A stretch of DNA of 63,612 nucleotides, the filler included, from Atractiella rhizophila (Eukaryota): the NCBI GenBank assembly GCA_021432655.1. It is 3 parts of 3 records of this genome, joined end to end, with 100 filler letters (N's around TTAATTAATTAA, not from the genome) between each part and the next. Parts side by side here need not be neighbours in the genome. Positions count along the whole stretch, not along the records: positions 28,750 to 57,291 come from MU271731.1; 2 more parts are not named here. One strand, written 5' to 3'. A program made the translations under genes and the position numbers. Below are positions 40,417 through 53,439 of this stretch, piece after piece. The notes under the pieces were generated by a model, which was given only the letters and a program-made list of their open reading frames with translations, ran no database searches and was not told where the DNA came from. Position 1 is the stretch's first letter; each line of letters opens with the position of its first letter.

Positions 40417-43400
40417 TCATTCGGTTGTAAGGACGGCATTGAGCTGCTTGAGATTCTTAGCAATGCTGAAGCAACACGTCGCGATGTTCTGTTTGATCTG
40501 CTTGACGTATTGACTCCCGCTCGAGTTTTGCATCTCCGTGAGCCGATCACAGTCCTCGGAGAGCTCGCTCAAGATCGGGTCTACATTCGCACGGCTGCTC
40601 GACGGCATCCGGTCACGCGTGATGGCGACGATGGACGAGACGATGGTGATGATCTGATTGAGATGCTCGTCGATTTGAGAGCCTTGGGCGTTGCCACGAA
40701 TGGCGGAAAGGAGCGCTTGGATGGACGACACGATGTTTTCGGTTTGGTTCTCGAGATAGGTCTGAGGTAAAATTGAGTACTGCAGAAGTAAACAAAAAGA
40801 AGAGTGACATTACCTTGAGCTCCCCAGCGTCCCTATCGTCTTCATCATTCCCTCTCACCGGCTCAGGCCGTGGCGCAGGGGGTGAGCGCTCGCTCTCAGA
40901 GCTGTAACTGCGACCGAGACCATTCCGATCGGAGGAAGGAGCAGTTTCGTCCATCAGCCTCCTACCGTAATTAAAAGAAGACGAGGATGATGAAGGCTCG
41001 GGACGATGTTGTGACCTCTCATTGGTGTAGCCATTTCTTCCTCCGCTGATGCTGCCATTCGGCCTCGACGCAGGGTACCGATCCTCACTCCTCATCGTAC
41101 CGAACCGATCTGTCGAGTCTATAGAACCCTTGCTGTCGAGGGTGTTCTGCCGCGACCTCAGCGAGGCCAGGGATTGTGAGCCCGAAGGAGGTGATCGCTG
41201 AGTATACGCCGGCTCGTCTTGCCTCAGTCGTTCAATTCTTGACGTAGCAGGAGGGGTGATGGTATTTCTCGACGTTGCCGTATTCGCCTCTTCTATTTCT
41301 TGGGGGCTCGCTCGACGGACTTGGACAAGTTTGGCCATGTCAACGATAGTCGTAGCGAGATGGCTAGCAGCGGCGTCAAGGAGCGAGACTGGTGAAATAC
41401 CAAAGCTCGTGGCGTGCGATTTCGCAGCTACCATGAGGTTTGTGAGCGTAGCTGAACTCTTTGCCTTCAAGTTCTGTAGGCGGTCTCGATCGTCAGGTGA
41501 GAAGCTCCGGTAGGATAGAGTAGCTTCGAAGCTAACAATGTCTGCATCGATTTTAGATACCGTTTGCACAATATTCTTCATTGCGCCGAGGACGGAGGAA
41601 GGGGATTGGGAGCGGCCGGAGGAGAGGAGATCGTCAATGTTTGACTGGAAGGTCGTGATGTGAATATCTGCTATGCCGCCCGAATCGGAGGCAGGGAGGT
41701 TGTCTGAGGAGATTGAAGGGGTATTGGTGTTCATGAAGAATTGAGACGTTGCTGCATCAGCAGGTCAGTGTGAAGGCAATGGAACATGAAGATTACGCAC
41801 CTTTGATGTTCCTCAACTCCGTCTTAGCCTGCTCAAACTTCTTCTTGTACATATTTAACTGAGCCTTCACTCCCTCCAGCTCCTCCTCGTCTCTCTCCCT
41901 ATCCTTGGACAGCTCTTCATACTTCTCTCCCATCTTCCTCAACTCGCTCAGGAGACTTTGAATCTCTCCTCTCAGTTCCTCAACCCCTCTCCTCAGATCC
42001 TCCTTCTCCCTTTCAGCAGCATCCAGGTCCCTCTTCATCCTCGATATGGATCCATCATCCCTCTCCATTGTTCTCGCTTTCGCCAGCTGGGATTGTGTCT
42101 CAGCCAAGCGAGTTTGGGCGTTGTTAAGATCGCGTTGAAGGGATTGAAGCGAAACGGATTGATCATCGAAGCGCTGCTGCTCACTACGGAGCTCCGTCTC
42201 CAGATTCAACTTGTCTTCCGCATCACGTCTCCTCTCCTCCCTTTCCCGTTCCAGGTCCTTCTCAGCCCCTTCAAATCGTCTCTGCAGCGTCGCAAGCTTG
42301 AATTCATAGTCACTCTTCATCTTCTCCATCTCTTCCTTCGAGACTCGATCATCTGCCTTCTCAGCTGCAAAGTTTCCTAAGAATCTGCCTCCTACACTGC
42401 TAGCTTCTGAACCGCGTCCAATGGAAAGCTTGTCGAAATAATCACTCTCAGCCTTGCTCTTCGTGTCTGGGCTGTCTAGATTACGACTATTTTTCGTGCT
42501 GAGACCATTGGGAAGAGGATTATTATACCTGGGAGGGGAAGCAGTGTATAACTGAGGGGACATTTCGTCGTTCCCGGGGAGTGAAGGCCCATCATCTTCC
42601 ACCAGTACCGATTTGTTAGGGACGAGGACTTCAGATGCGGCCGAGGGAGCTACTTGGAGGGGAGCAGGACGACGGGTGAGGGTATTGTCACGATTCTCTC
42701 TGTACGGTGGTCTCGAATCTGGTGGCGGATACATGGAGGCAGGAGACTGAGGGTCATTGTTGTAACCATTGTACTGCTGCTGCTCCCTTTCCATTCGTTC
42801 GCGCTCCATCTGCTTTTCCTCCTCCTCAAACTCCGGATACCGTCTGTCCAGTTCTGTGTAGACATCGTTGCCCAAATCCTTGAAGCGTCCCGGTGGGAGA
42901 GTCGCGAGTTTCTGCCTCGCTTGATTCCGTTTGGGATGGAATTCGTTCTTCAGCGGAAGGAAAGGTTCGGCGATGGCTGGATCTGTTGTTCGACGGACCA
43001 GCTCATCGTAAACGTCTGTAGAAAGCTCTTGAAATTGTTGGCGTGTTAGTCGAGTGAGTTTGTCTCGTGCATTTGTGCGGTTTGCAATATCTGTTCAATA
43101 AATAATTAGCCTTTTATATCTCATCACGCCTTACTCCTCTAACAACGAGACCAACTCGGACAACACATCGCAGCTGCGCACTACCATGCAGCATTGCTAC
43201 ATTTTGCAGCCTATCGTGCTCCATCGAAACAAGAGAGTGCGTACCTTTCCCATCGCCCTGTTGAATCAAGAAGCTCCTGAGTTCCTTCCAATGCGTCCTC
43301 GCTATTCTCCTAGCTTCTTCAAGGTTCCCGCCATCTGCTCTCCTACTAACGCTTCCACTTGACTGAGACGGTGCATCATTGGGGCGATAGGCAGACGAGG

Positions 43401-43446
43401 CGACAGTGTAGCCACCATCGGAGGTGCGTGAGGTAATACGAGACAT
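40417..43446 (-). CDS. SPA2: Spa2-like polarisome scaffold
   Basis: Two SHD/GIT repeats (ARDKLTRLTRQQFQELSTDVYDEL; ARQKLATLPPGRFKDLGNDVYTELDRRYPEF), a coiled coil and a C-terminal helical domain. Confidence 0.88.
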
Positions 43447-43778
43447 GATTTGAGACTTGCCCTATCGTGAAAGAGCGTGTGGCCAATACAGCCAAGGTAC
43501 CAACCGCCGACTTGCGATGTCGATAAGCTGTCCAGCGAATATTTTCGACACAAAAGCGTAAGGGGAGGCTCTCGATCGTTTATCCAAGTACTTGCAAGGC
43601 AGGAACAGTCAATAGCGCAAAAGGGCTCGTCGAGTGTGGACGGCAGACGGATCCGAGACAGAAACATTGCACCACTAATTGCCTCCGCTCACGTTTCTTT
43701 CAAGGTTACTTACTCTACCAGAACGCAACCGGCCAACAATATCATCTTTTTTTACTAAAAGGTCAATATATCTAGGTA

Positions 43779-44478
43779 ATGGACATCCGACCTGCAACCG
43801 TGAGCTCCTTCTTGATATCCTCGGAGCATTTTTCAGCTCACGTGCTTCAAGATATCAGATTTGCAAGGAATGCAGGAATGCAACCTGCATAACTTACCAG
43901 AAAATTATCAGCTGAAGTACTGTATGTCATTTTTATGTCTATAGTGTTTCATCTAAGGCTGAGAACAGACTTGTACCACATCTTAACATGGCCACAGCTT
44001 TCCTACGTCGCAGCAGATGAGAAAGGACGTATTGTCGGATACATTTTAGCGAAAATGTGCGAATAACTCATTCTCTTTTGTCTGTATTAAATATGTCTTC
44101 AGAGACGAGGAACCGTCCCCTCATGTTCATGGTCACGTGACCTCGATATCAGTTTTGCGATCTTATCGACGGTTAGGGCTAGCAAAAAAACTCATGGAGC
44201 AATCCCGTACGCATTGCTTGCTTCTTGTGGTTATAGTACTTGACCATATGCGTAGAGAGGGAAATGCGTCGCATCTACAACGCTGAATTTGTTTCTCTGC
44301 ATGTTCGCAAGACCAACCGGGCGGCACTCGCATTATATAAGGACTCTCTAGGCTTTGAGCTTGCAGGTGTAGAGAAAGCTTATTGTAAGCGTTTTCTTTG
44401 ACAATGTTGAGTTGGTTCGCTCAAAATAGGACAGACGGAGACGGCGAAGACGCTTTACAGATGAAGATGCAACTATAA
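43779..44478 (+). CDS. NAA10: NatA catalytic subunit Naa10/Ard1, paralog A (5 introns)
   Basis: Reads [78 protein letters not shown]. Confidence 0.93.
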
Positions 44479-44598
44479 CATCTTTTTTTCGCAAATTGGC
44501 AGTTGAGAGATCTATGGGTATTAGTTAATATGTAATTAGATCCTTCTTGCTATAGCTAAACTCGATCCAAATGTCCTTTCCCACGTCTAAAATCTCCC

Positions 44599-47225
44599 TC
44601 ATGCAAAGCAAGTAAGGTTCGACACCGCTGCAGCCATTCCAACATAGGGAACGTTGAATTGCTCCTTTGAGCTGTCATCCTCCAACAATATGTGGCCACT
44701 ATAAACAGGATAGCTAGAGGAGCATCAGGAAAGCCGAAAAAGAAGAGGGAACAACGGCTCACTCTGGATTCGCCTCTGGCGGGTCAAAATTTACGGTAAC
44801 GTTGACAGATCCTCCAGCAGGAACCGTTACAAAGTCAGGAAGAGACACTGTTGCTTGTAATCCATCGGCTAGTCGGTTGTATGAAGCTTTACAGGGTGAA
44901 ATTGCCGAATCCACTGCTAATGCAGTAACTGAGGGAAGATGTCGAAAGATGAACTTGCGTTCATCCTGTCCAAGATTTGACACGGTGAAGGTGTGATTGG
45001 AGACAAAATACTCCGTATCGTTCAAGTTGAGGGCGTAGGGCTCGAAAACAATTTGAGAGTGCAAGGCGCGTAGAGTGTCTATTCTTCCGCTACCTGCTTG
45101 TGGGACGGCAGCGATAGTGTCGGGAAAAGAGGCGTTGAGACCTGTTATGGTGGAAGTAGAAGAAAAGATGCTCCTGAGTTGATTCGGGGTCAGATTCTCG
45201 TTCTTCCTCGCACTCAGGACGAGAGCAAGGGCTCCAGCGACCACGGGACTGGAGGCACTCGTACCAGTGAAGAGAGCGTATCCTCCGTCGAAGACACAGG
45301 AGAAGATGTTGACTCCTGGGGCATTAAATGAGGGGTTCATGACTGGACCGTACTGGGAAAGTGCGGGACCCCAAGAGCTGCCAGCGAAAGGGTATCCAGC
45401 GTTTGGATCATCCCACGCTTCACTGACAGGAGCAGAATCCGAGAAGTCAAGTGTCACTGTCTCTCCAGCTCCGAGAGCTGCTTTCAGAGATTGATAATCA
45501 CTGATGTTGATGTAGCCGATCCCTTTTAGGCCATTGTCAAAACCTGCCGTTGTTCCGGGGGACTCATTATGAGTCGCAGCTAGGAAAACGTAGGTAGCTC
45601 CGGCAGCAACGAGATTTTGAATCTTTGGTCCGAATCTGCAGCCTCCGATTCTCACAAGAGTAACGAAACCGCTAAGATCTGTGCCTTCGGGGAAGGGGTT
45701 GCAGGCATCGTCTTCAATCGTTTGGTTGGGATTCGTCCCGTCGAAGAGTGGGAGTGTTTGTGTCTTGAAAGAGAAATATGACCAATACTGCACAGATGAG
45801 TTGAAAGAGCTTCTGGCGCCGAAAAGGGTATTGGAAGAAGTTCGGCTGTTGCCGACCGCCCTAATTTTCACTTCATCAGTTTAAGTAGGTGTAAGAGAGA
45901 CATTCGAAGGCACCAGACAGACGGCCCCATTGCTGGGCCACCCATGGAAAAGAGTCCGAAATCGCCATCGTTTCCATTTGCCGCGACGATGATTTTACCC
46001 GTCTGTGCACCAAGTCAGAGGGAGATAATAAAATGCATGAAAGAGCAACCTCTCGAATAATTCTGTCTGCCATAACAGCAACCAAGTTGCCCTCCCAGTA
46101 CGGACCATTCGCATAAAGCAGGGACATGTTGATGATATCTGCATCGTCGTCAACGGCGGCAAGCATCGCGTCCACCTTTCCCAAAGCGTTAGTCAGAACT
46201 GAGGCGTGAAGGAGCATGACGCACCCAAACGTCGATCGAGGTCACCCTAATGCGGCTTTATCAGAAGTGAACAGCGTGAGGAAGAGGACCCACCCTCCAC
46301 AGGAAAATACGCGATAGAACCCCAGCTCTGCCAGAGGACTTATTCCGAAGTAGGGGAAGTCAGGATGGGGATCGGCTGCGATCAAAGATGCCTATCAAAT
46401 ATGTTAGCTCACGATTGGTATTCTGTTGTAATACAGACCACTTCCGTTCCATGGGGGATGACATCGTCGCAAGTCTCCAGGGGATCGTCATCCTGTCCTC
46501 CTTGAGTATCTACCTGGACAGCATGAATGATGCCATACTGGAGTAGGGTAGCCATCGTTTGCAAGGTTGTCTCCCTTGATAATAGGCTTAGTAAAAAAAA
46601 GCACGCAGACGCGGGGACTTACCACCATATCCTTCCCAAAGCTCACTTTGCAACCAAGTCCAAAACAGCCGCCCAGAAGCGGGTGTGTATAGTCGAAACC
46701 CTCATCAATGATAGCAACTCGAACTCCTACAAAGGAATTAACAGACCGTTCCATCACAGGAAATGATTCACCTTGACCCAAAATTCCCATCTTATGAAGC
46801 TCCGTGGCATTAACGAGCAAGTGAGGTCGAAAGTTACTGTTTTTAAAGGCAGCATCATCAGCGCTAGGTGGCTGATATGCTCTCTTCCCAAACTCTTTTG
46901 CCTTCTTCGACCTCTTCGCTCGTTTCCTTTGCGCATCGGAGTTTACGCGTATTCTATGATTTGGCCATACCTTCACGACTCCTGCGAGGGCAGAAAGCGA
47001 GCTCTCCACTTCTTCTGAGGTCGATTCGACACGGACCACGACGCCGTTTAAAAGGGCATGATCGTAAACTTTCGTTATTGTAGTTCCCTCTGGAACAGAG
47101 AATGCCTTGGGATCGACGGCAGGGGATAATTCGAGGAGGTAGCCGTCAGTGCCAGTGGTCTCGGTTGATAACGACCAACAGAGTGGGGACAAAGTCAGAA
47201 GGAAGGTGAAAAAGAAAGGCCTCAT
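44599..47225 (-). CDS. Secreted S8 subtilase with propeptide, PA and Fn3-like domains
   Basis: Signal-like MRPFFFTFLLTLSPLCWS; triad motifs VAIIDEGFDYTHPLLGG, HGTEVASLIAA and GTSASSPVVAG; oxyanion ANGNDG; PA region LVRIGGCRF; last exon YPVYSGHI..VPYVG. Confidence 0.9.
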
Positions 47226-47354
47226 CAAGAAGGATTCTGAGCTGTTCGACACGACGGAAAGAAAGAGCCACATCCATATTTATATCTATCCAAGCAGTAT
47301 GTATCAAACCCGTATGTATGAGATGTGTGACAGGCCGACAATGAGGGACAAGGG

Positions 47355-48227
47355 GAAGGGACAGTCCGAATTGCCATCAAAGGTGTTCGCAGCAAACGTA
47401 GCTGAATTGCCTGCTGCTCCAGTACTAGTAAGACGTCGTTAAAATAAATGACTTTTTTATGTTCTCTGAAGTCTCATAGGGATATCATTTCCTTCTCATT
47501 GGTCTTCTGCTTCTTCTTCAGTCTTTTCTCCCTCTTATCTGCCTTCACAGCCTTCAACATCCCTATCCTATAAGCCCAGGCAAGCTGGGACCATGCTCTG
47601 CTCGTGCCACAATCTCAACATGGTCCAAGAGCAGAAAGTCTCATCTTTCATTGAAAAACAGAATAACCAACAATACTCTCTACCCTTTCTGGAAGCTTCC
47701 TGGTAAATGCTGCACCATAGCGAGCCGCCTCAGCATCATCACCACTTTCATCATCCTCAGAGTCAGAGTGGCGAATGTGACCGCTTTTCGACGGCAGAGG
47801 TGAGGTCTACGACATCATTTGAATGGGCGACAGGCTGTTGACAGGGTGCGAGAGGAGGGGACATGTTGTGAACGCAAGGATGGACAAGCAATGCTGCAAA
47901 AAATTTGATCATACTATATAACATGGTGCTTTAAGAACCACCAGTCCTCGCTACCCTCGTAACTCGTGGTCGTGGCTCTTCCCGCACCGTAACTCCGCCC
48001 CATATACTTGTAACCTTGTCAATCCCACGGTTGACCACGGTCGTCGTCTTGCTAACAAGTGCAGACCGTCACTCGCACCGTCCCCGTCTCACGGGGAGAC
48101 AGCTGCCCCATGGGGACACCCGTACGAGGTACGATCGCGGGCGGGGAGCACGGTCTTCGTGATAGTCAAAACCGTGTGGATGCCTTAGAAGGGACAGTCC
48201 GAATTGCCATCAAGGTGTTCGCAGCAA
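47355..48227. repeat. ~40-bp direct repeats (47355-47395, 48188-48227) flanking a ~790-bp insert with a decayed minus-strand ORF
   Basis: GAAGGGACAGTCCGAATTGCCATCAA(A)GGTGTTCGCAGCAA occurs twice. The insert reads MSPPLAPCQQ../SDSEDDESGDD../KADKREKRLKKKQK with frameshifts. Confidence 0.8.
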
Positions 48228-48567
48228 GACAAATACTGGCTCCTGCGAAGCAGATGCCAATGTCGGCACGTCACAGGCTCTGAGATCGCAACCATGAGCT
48301 TCTGCAGGCTACTGCCAGGACTCGGACGGAAAGGCCCGAGCTCAATCTGGAGGCTTTCGGATCGCTGAATCTGACATGATTAGAAAACAAATCACGATAG
48401 CCATCATTATAGGAAGAGATAAGATAGAGCGGTAAAGCGAGAAAACCTCTGCTGCACAACGCGAATCTACCTTCGCAGTAGCACGTGATATGAGAACGAC
48501 TCAAGATCCCAGACAACGACAGTTGAGCCTGTGACGGCTGAGAAATAGGTTACTGTAGCATTCGAAA

Positions 48568-49500
48568 ATGGACATTCGCCCTGCAACTGTGAGTAAAATC
48601 TCAGCAGGGGATGAGAACACGGTGATGAGTTCCGTAAACAGATCGCAGACTTGCAAGGTAAAACACCTGAACTTATATCGCGTTATCGAAGCAGGAAGAT
48701 GCTCTCCTTTTCCTGCCTCCCAAGTTATAGCTGATACTGATTTTATAACTAAGGGATGCAGGTACGTTCCTATGCATTCTTTTAGTTGAGCGTTATTTGT
48801 TGAGGAAAGCACAGGAATGCAATCTCCATAACCTCCCTGAAAATTATCAGCTCCTCCTCTGTTTGTCCTCACTCTTCTTGCTAACGATTGACACTAAAAA
48901 ACACCTTATAGATATCTTTCACACTGTTTCCTGGCCAGCTCTCTCCTACGTTGCAACAGACGAGCGCGGTCGAATCGTAGGATACATTTTGGCTAAAATG
49001 TGCTATGTCTTCGCAAAAGTGAATGTGCGAGTTTCTGACGTTACTCAATCACAGAGAAGACGAGGCAGCCGGTTCCTCCCCTCATGGACACGTTACGTCT
49101 ATATCAGTCCTTCGAAGTTATCGTCGTCTCGGACTAGCAAAGAAGCTCATGGAGCGCTCTCGTCGGTGTTTTTATCTCCCAACAGCTCCTAAGTCAACTA
49201 TTTCAATGAGTCAGAGAAAGAGATGCACCGCGTTTACAATGCAGAATACGTTAGCCTGCACGTTCGGAAAACGAATAGAGCAGCTCTCGCTCTTTATCAA
49301 GATGCCTTGGGATACACCCTACACAATATCGAGAAAGGATACTGTATGTTTTGGCTCTCTTTTTAATCCGACACGTTAACAACGGTTGAGCGGCTAGATG
49401 GCGATGGTACGTTTAGCCAGTCTGGTAACCTCAAGTCGTCGTGAGCTCAGGTGTATGATTTGCAGGCGAGGATGCGCTGGAAATGCGGATGAAGTTGTAG
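48568..49500 (+). CDS. NAA10: NatA catalytic subunit Naa10/Ard1, paralog B (8 introns)
   Basis: Reads [73 protein letters not shown]; microexons of 8 nt (48754-48761) and 9 nt. Confidence 0.92.
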
Positions 49501-49832
49501 AGAGGATTATCACCATCGCATTGTACAATGTTATATCCAATTGCTCTGCTGTCAGGCGATATAAAAACAGTACACCTCAACGGGAGCTCCCTACAAGCAC
49601 AAGCGTACGCTCCTTCCGTTACATTGGTGGCCACCAAACCAGCACTCATCGTACTCATCCTTCAGCCTGATCTGCGAGGCCGAGCTCAATCCCAAACACT
49701 GGCAAACAATCTCTCAACAGCAATTGTAAGCCCTTACACTCACTTATTTCAGCTGCTTCAGCTGCTACCCAAACCGCTCGTTACCTACCAGCTCGAGGAG
49801 ATTGGTTGTCCTAGACTCGGTCGTTTGGCGAC

Positions 49833-52800
49833 ATGCCACTCAACAGCTTCACGGTGCTTGCCACTAGTGTCGTCCTCATCACAAACACTTTTATTAAGCA
49901 TTATGCGCAAAAGTTGTTGCCAGACCGCGAAGATGAAACTTCGGAGAAGGGTGTCGAGGTAAGCGGCGAGAAAGGACCAGAAGCGCGAGGACACAAGAAA
50001 CCAAAAGTGTAAGCGTTTGGTCCTCCGTGTTATTCAGTCCAGAAGTCCTCAGCGTTCACGAACAGGCCAGCAAGAGAAGACTCGTTGCTTTTTGATGAAG
50101 CTTTTAGTGTTGTGAAAGAGTTCATGGGGAAGGCTATGAATTACACCGTCGAAGAAGTGCAAGCGTTTGGGAACACATTTGTCCCAGGTAAGTCCCATCT
50201 CGCATATTTGTGTCGTTCCTCATTATTTTGTTCATTTTAGTTCCATTTTGGATTAAACTTGTGCACGTCTCCATACCTGAATCGACCCTTGCGAAAGCGG
50301 ACGACTATATTGTCAAGGTTTTGGGAGGAACACAAGCGACGAGAAAGCTCTGTGGTGGGCTCGAATGGTGGCGATTACGAATGGGTGACGGATCTATACA
50401 AGGTGAATGGATAGCTATGAAAAGGTGCGAAATTGTAGGCGTCGCTTTACTGTCAACTGAGTACGAGAGCAGTGACTGGAAAGAATGGAAAACGAACCAT
50501 TCCGACGATTCAACTTTTCCTGGGCTTCAGAGCCTTTGGAATTCGCACAAGCAAAATATTAACCATCCTGCCACTACGGAAGAAAAGACCCAAGCCCAAG
50601 ACTACTCGGAAGACCTGGACGATCTTCCATGTATGCTGTATATTCATGGAGGGGCGTACTACTTCGGTCGGTCACAATGTTTTACTTGAACAGCCTCTAA
50701 CCCCTGCTTTGTTGATCAGGTTCAATTAATACGCATCGGTGAGTCGTTGATGCTGTAGATGCAGCTTTAAACTCAGTTGAATTACATTCAGGTATTCAAT
50801 TTGGCGCTACGCCCGTAAAATGCACGGTCGAGCTTTTGGTGAGTTCGCACTCCCGTACTGGGAGAGAAAGATGACAATAATATTAGCCGTTACCTACCGT
50901 TTGGCGCCACAGTTTCCATTCCCCTGTGCTCTTGCCGATGCATTAGCTTCATACTTGTACTTGGTCGACCCTCCTCCAGAAGCGAAACACAAGCCCATTC
51001 CTCCTCACAAGATCATAATCGCAGGAGATTCCGCCGGAGGTGGATTATCGCTCTCTCTTCTCTGTGCCATTAGGGATGCTGGATTGCCGCTGCCAGCGGG
51101 AACCGTCCTAATATCGCCTTGGGTCGATTGTTCGCTTTGCCCTAGTTCCTATAGACATCTTATTGATGTAAACACAGTGACGCACTCTTTTCCTAGCGTT
51201 CTGGAGAATACAGATACAGATATCATCCGTAAGTACAATGTCAATAGCGTTGCTCCGTTTGAGGCGTGAACGTAGCGCCTTACGGTTTTCTACATAAACC
51301 CAGTGTGCTGTGGTTTGTCATCCCTTTCAGTTAACCTTTCTCTAAACTATGAAGTAGGCCACCTCCACCTCTAGATTATGCCCCAAAGGTGATACGCAGC
51401 TCGAAACAACTTAGGAGGATGTACCACGAACTCTCGGCGTCAGTCAAAACCTCACGTGAGAATCGCACACAAGAAAGCAGCCAGACACAACAGGATTCGA
51501 ACCCCATAGGAGCGGCTGACAGCTCTCAACCCAATGAATTGCGGAGGGAAGGGAATGGGGAGACAAATGGAAGAAGCGCTGCAAAAGGCGACGAGGACAA
51601 AGCAGAACCTCAGGAGATTATCGAGGTCAACGTCAGCGGTAAAAAGGTCAAGCTGAATGAGCAAATCCAACTCTACGCTACAAACGAACAAGTACGCCCT
51701 TTGTTCGAGGCTAAGGATGTGTCGCTGAGTTTGCTGATCAGCTTTCGAATCCCTTCGTCTCTCCAGTCTTCCAACCATCTCTAGGAGGACTCCCTCCTAT
51801 GCTTGTCGTATGATGCCCTTTGTTTCTTATAGGGGCAATGCTGACTTTATTATCAGATCGCTGGGAACAACGAAGTTCTGCGAGACGAAATCGTATACTT
51901 AGCCCACCGAGCTGCGAACCCCGCAGGATATCCACTTCGTGAGGCATTAAGACAATCATCTTCACAGCATGGAGAGCTACCCCCCACGAAAGTCCACCTC
52001 CAAGTCTATGGTTAGTCATTTGCGGCCCTGCGAGTTTGATCATTGACCAAATTGAATCAGACGACGCCCCACATGTCCTGCCACTTTTCAGTTTCACAAC
52101 ACCGGTGCGTTCCGCCTTTCCCTTCCTGCGACTTTTTGATATTCTGTGCCAGGCCAAATATTGTTATCGATCAATAGCCAGTTTTTGCGTTTGGGGTTTG
52201 CCTGTTCTTCCTTCTCTCCTTGAGCAAACTTCTGAAAACATGTTTAAGCAACATCGCAGCATACGATCAACGAAGAGGCAACCACAAATGAAAGGACTTC
52301 AAAAAGCTCCACGGCCGAGTGGAAAGACGAACCAACCATGCCTACAGCTACTAATAGCTCAACTTCCAAAGCAGTCACACTCGAAAAGTCACGATCCACC
52401 AGCAGAAAGGAACGATTCTCTGCTGTGCTTGACCTCCATCGCCATTCCCATCTGTTCTCCAAAGAACTTGCATCATCACCTTCGCAACTTTCTGCCCGAA
52501 CAGAAGAAACAGAAGGCAGCAACTATGTCCAACACCCTCAGTCTAAACCAGAAAGTAATCCGTTTAGGAAGCTGCCAAGCGACCTCGAACAAACCATCTA
52601 CTCGGCTCAGTTACCGATGAATCGTCCAGACTTCAAGGACAACATGATACGAGAACGCGTCTCCATTAAAGGGGTAATCCGACCTCTCGAAGATACATCA
52701 CAAATTCGATGTCTCAATTTGGATCCCGAGGATATTGGAATCATCAAAGAAGGCCCAGTGAGGAGGTACTTGGACGGGAAGAAGGACTGGGATCAGAAAT

Positions 52801-53261
52801 ATCGGCGTGTCTACCTCAGGATTCAGAGGAAGCGAGAACACAATGTCAAACGGGCAACAAGAGAAGAATTGGAGCGAATCAAAGCAAGACTGAAAAATCT
52901 ACGCCATGGAAGTTTTTCGAGCTCAAATCAGGATCAGGGGCAAAACATGGAGTCTGAGGACTTCGAAATCGAGTTTGGTGGCGCAACTGCGCGGGAAGCC
53001 CCGCCTCCTTCTTCAATTGCCGCTCGGCGCGACCTCAGGGAAGCGAGAGACCTGGCGAAAGCACTAGAGGCTAACAAGATGGCTCACGGCATTAATTCCC
53101 TTGCGATTTGGACAGATATTCATGAGCTAGGTGCTCTGGATCTGTCATCTATGGATAATCAGGGGGAGAAGGGTCATCGTCTTGAACGCCTGAAAAAGGT
53201 GGTGTCGGGGTCAAAGCGAAAGGATGACTACCCATTACCCCTCAAACATATGGATGAATGA
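49833..53261 (+). CDS. HSL-family alpha/beta hydrolase (lipase/esterase)
   Basis: Contains [39 protein letters not shown] and PHV; starts MPLNSFTV. Confidence 0.9.
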
Positions 53262-53439
53262 TTGCCTTCCTTTCTGTCAATGGAACTGTGTACTCTCGTT
53301 CGGGGCATTGAAAGTAATCTTTGTACTCTTATGATATATGTATACTCCTTTCCCTCCAATAGACTGCTAATGCAGATTGTATATACTCGTTCTTGCGATG
53401 ATTGTAAATGAGACAAGTCAGAACACATGCTTACAGTCA

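Noticed and set aside
43092..43244. Possible 4-nt microexon (ag-AGGA-gtaagg) in the SPA2 first intron
   Set aside because: The flanking exons already join in frame and nothing else supports it.
47396..47432. CTAGT as a Helitron 3' end
   Set aside because: No GC-rich subterminal hairpin sits at the expected distance, and Helitrons do not make target duplications.
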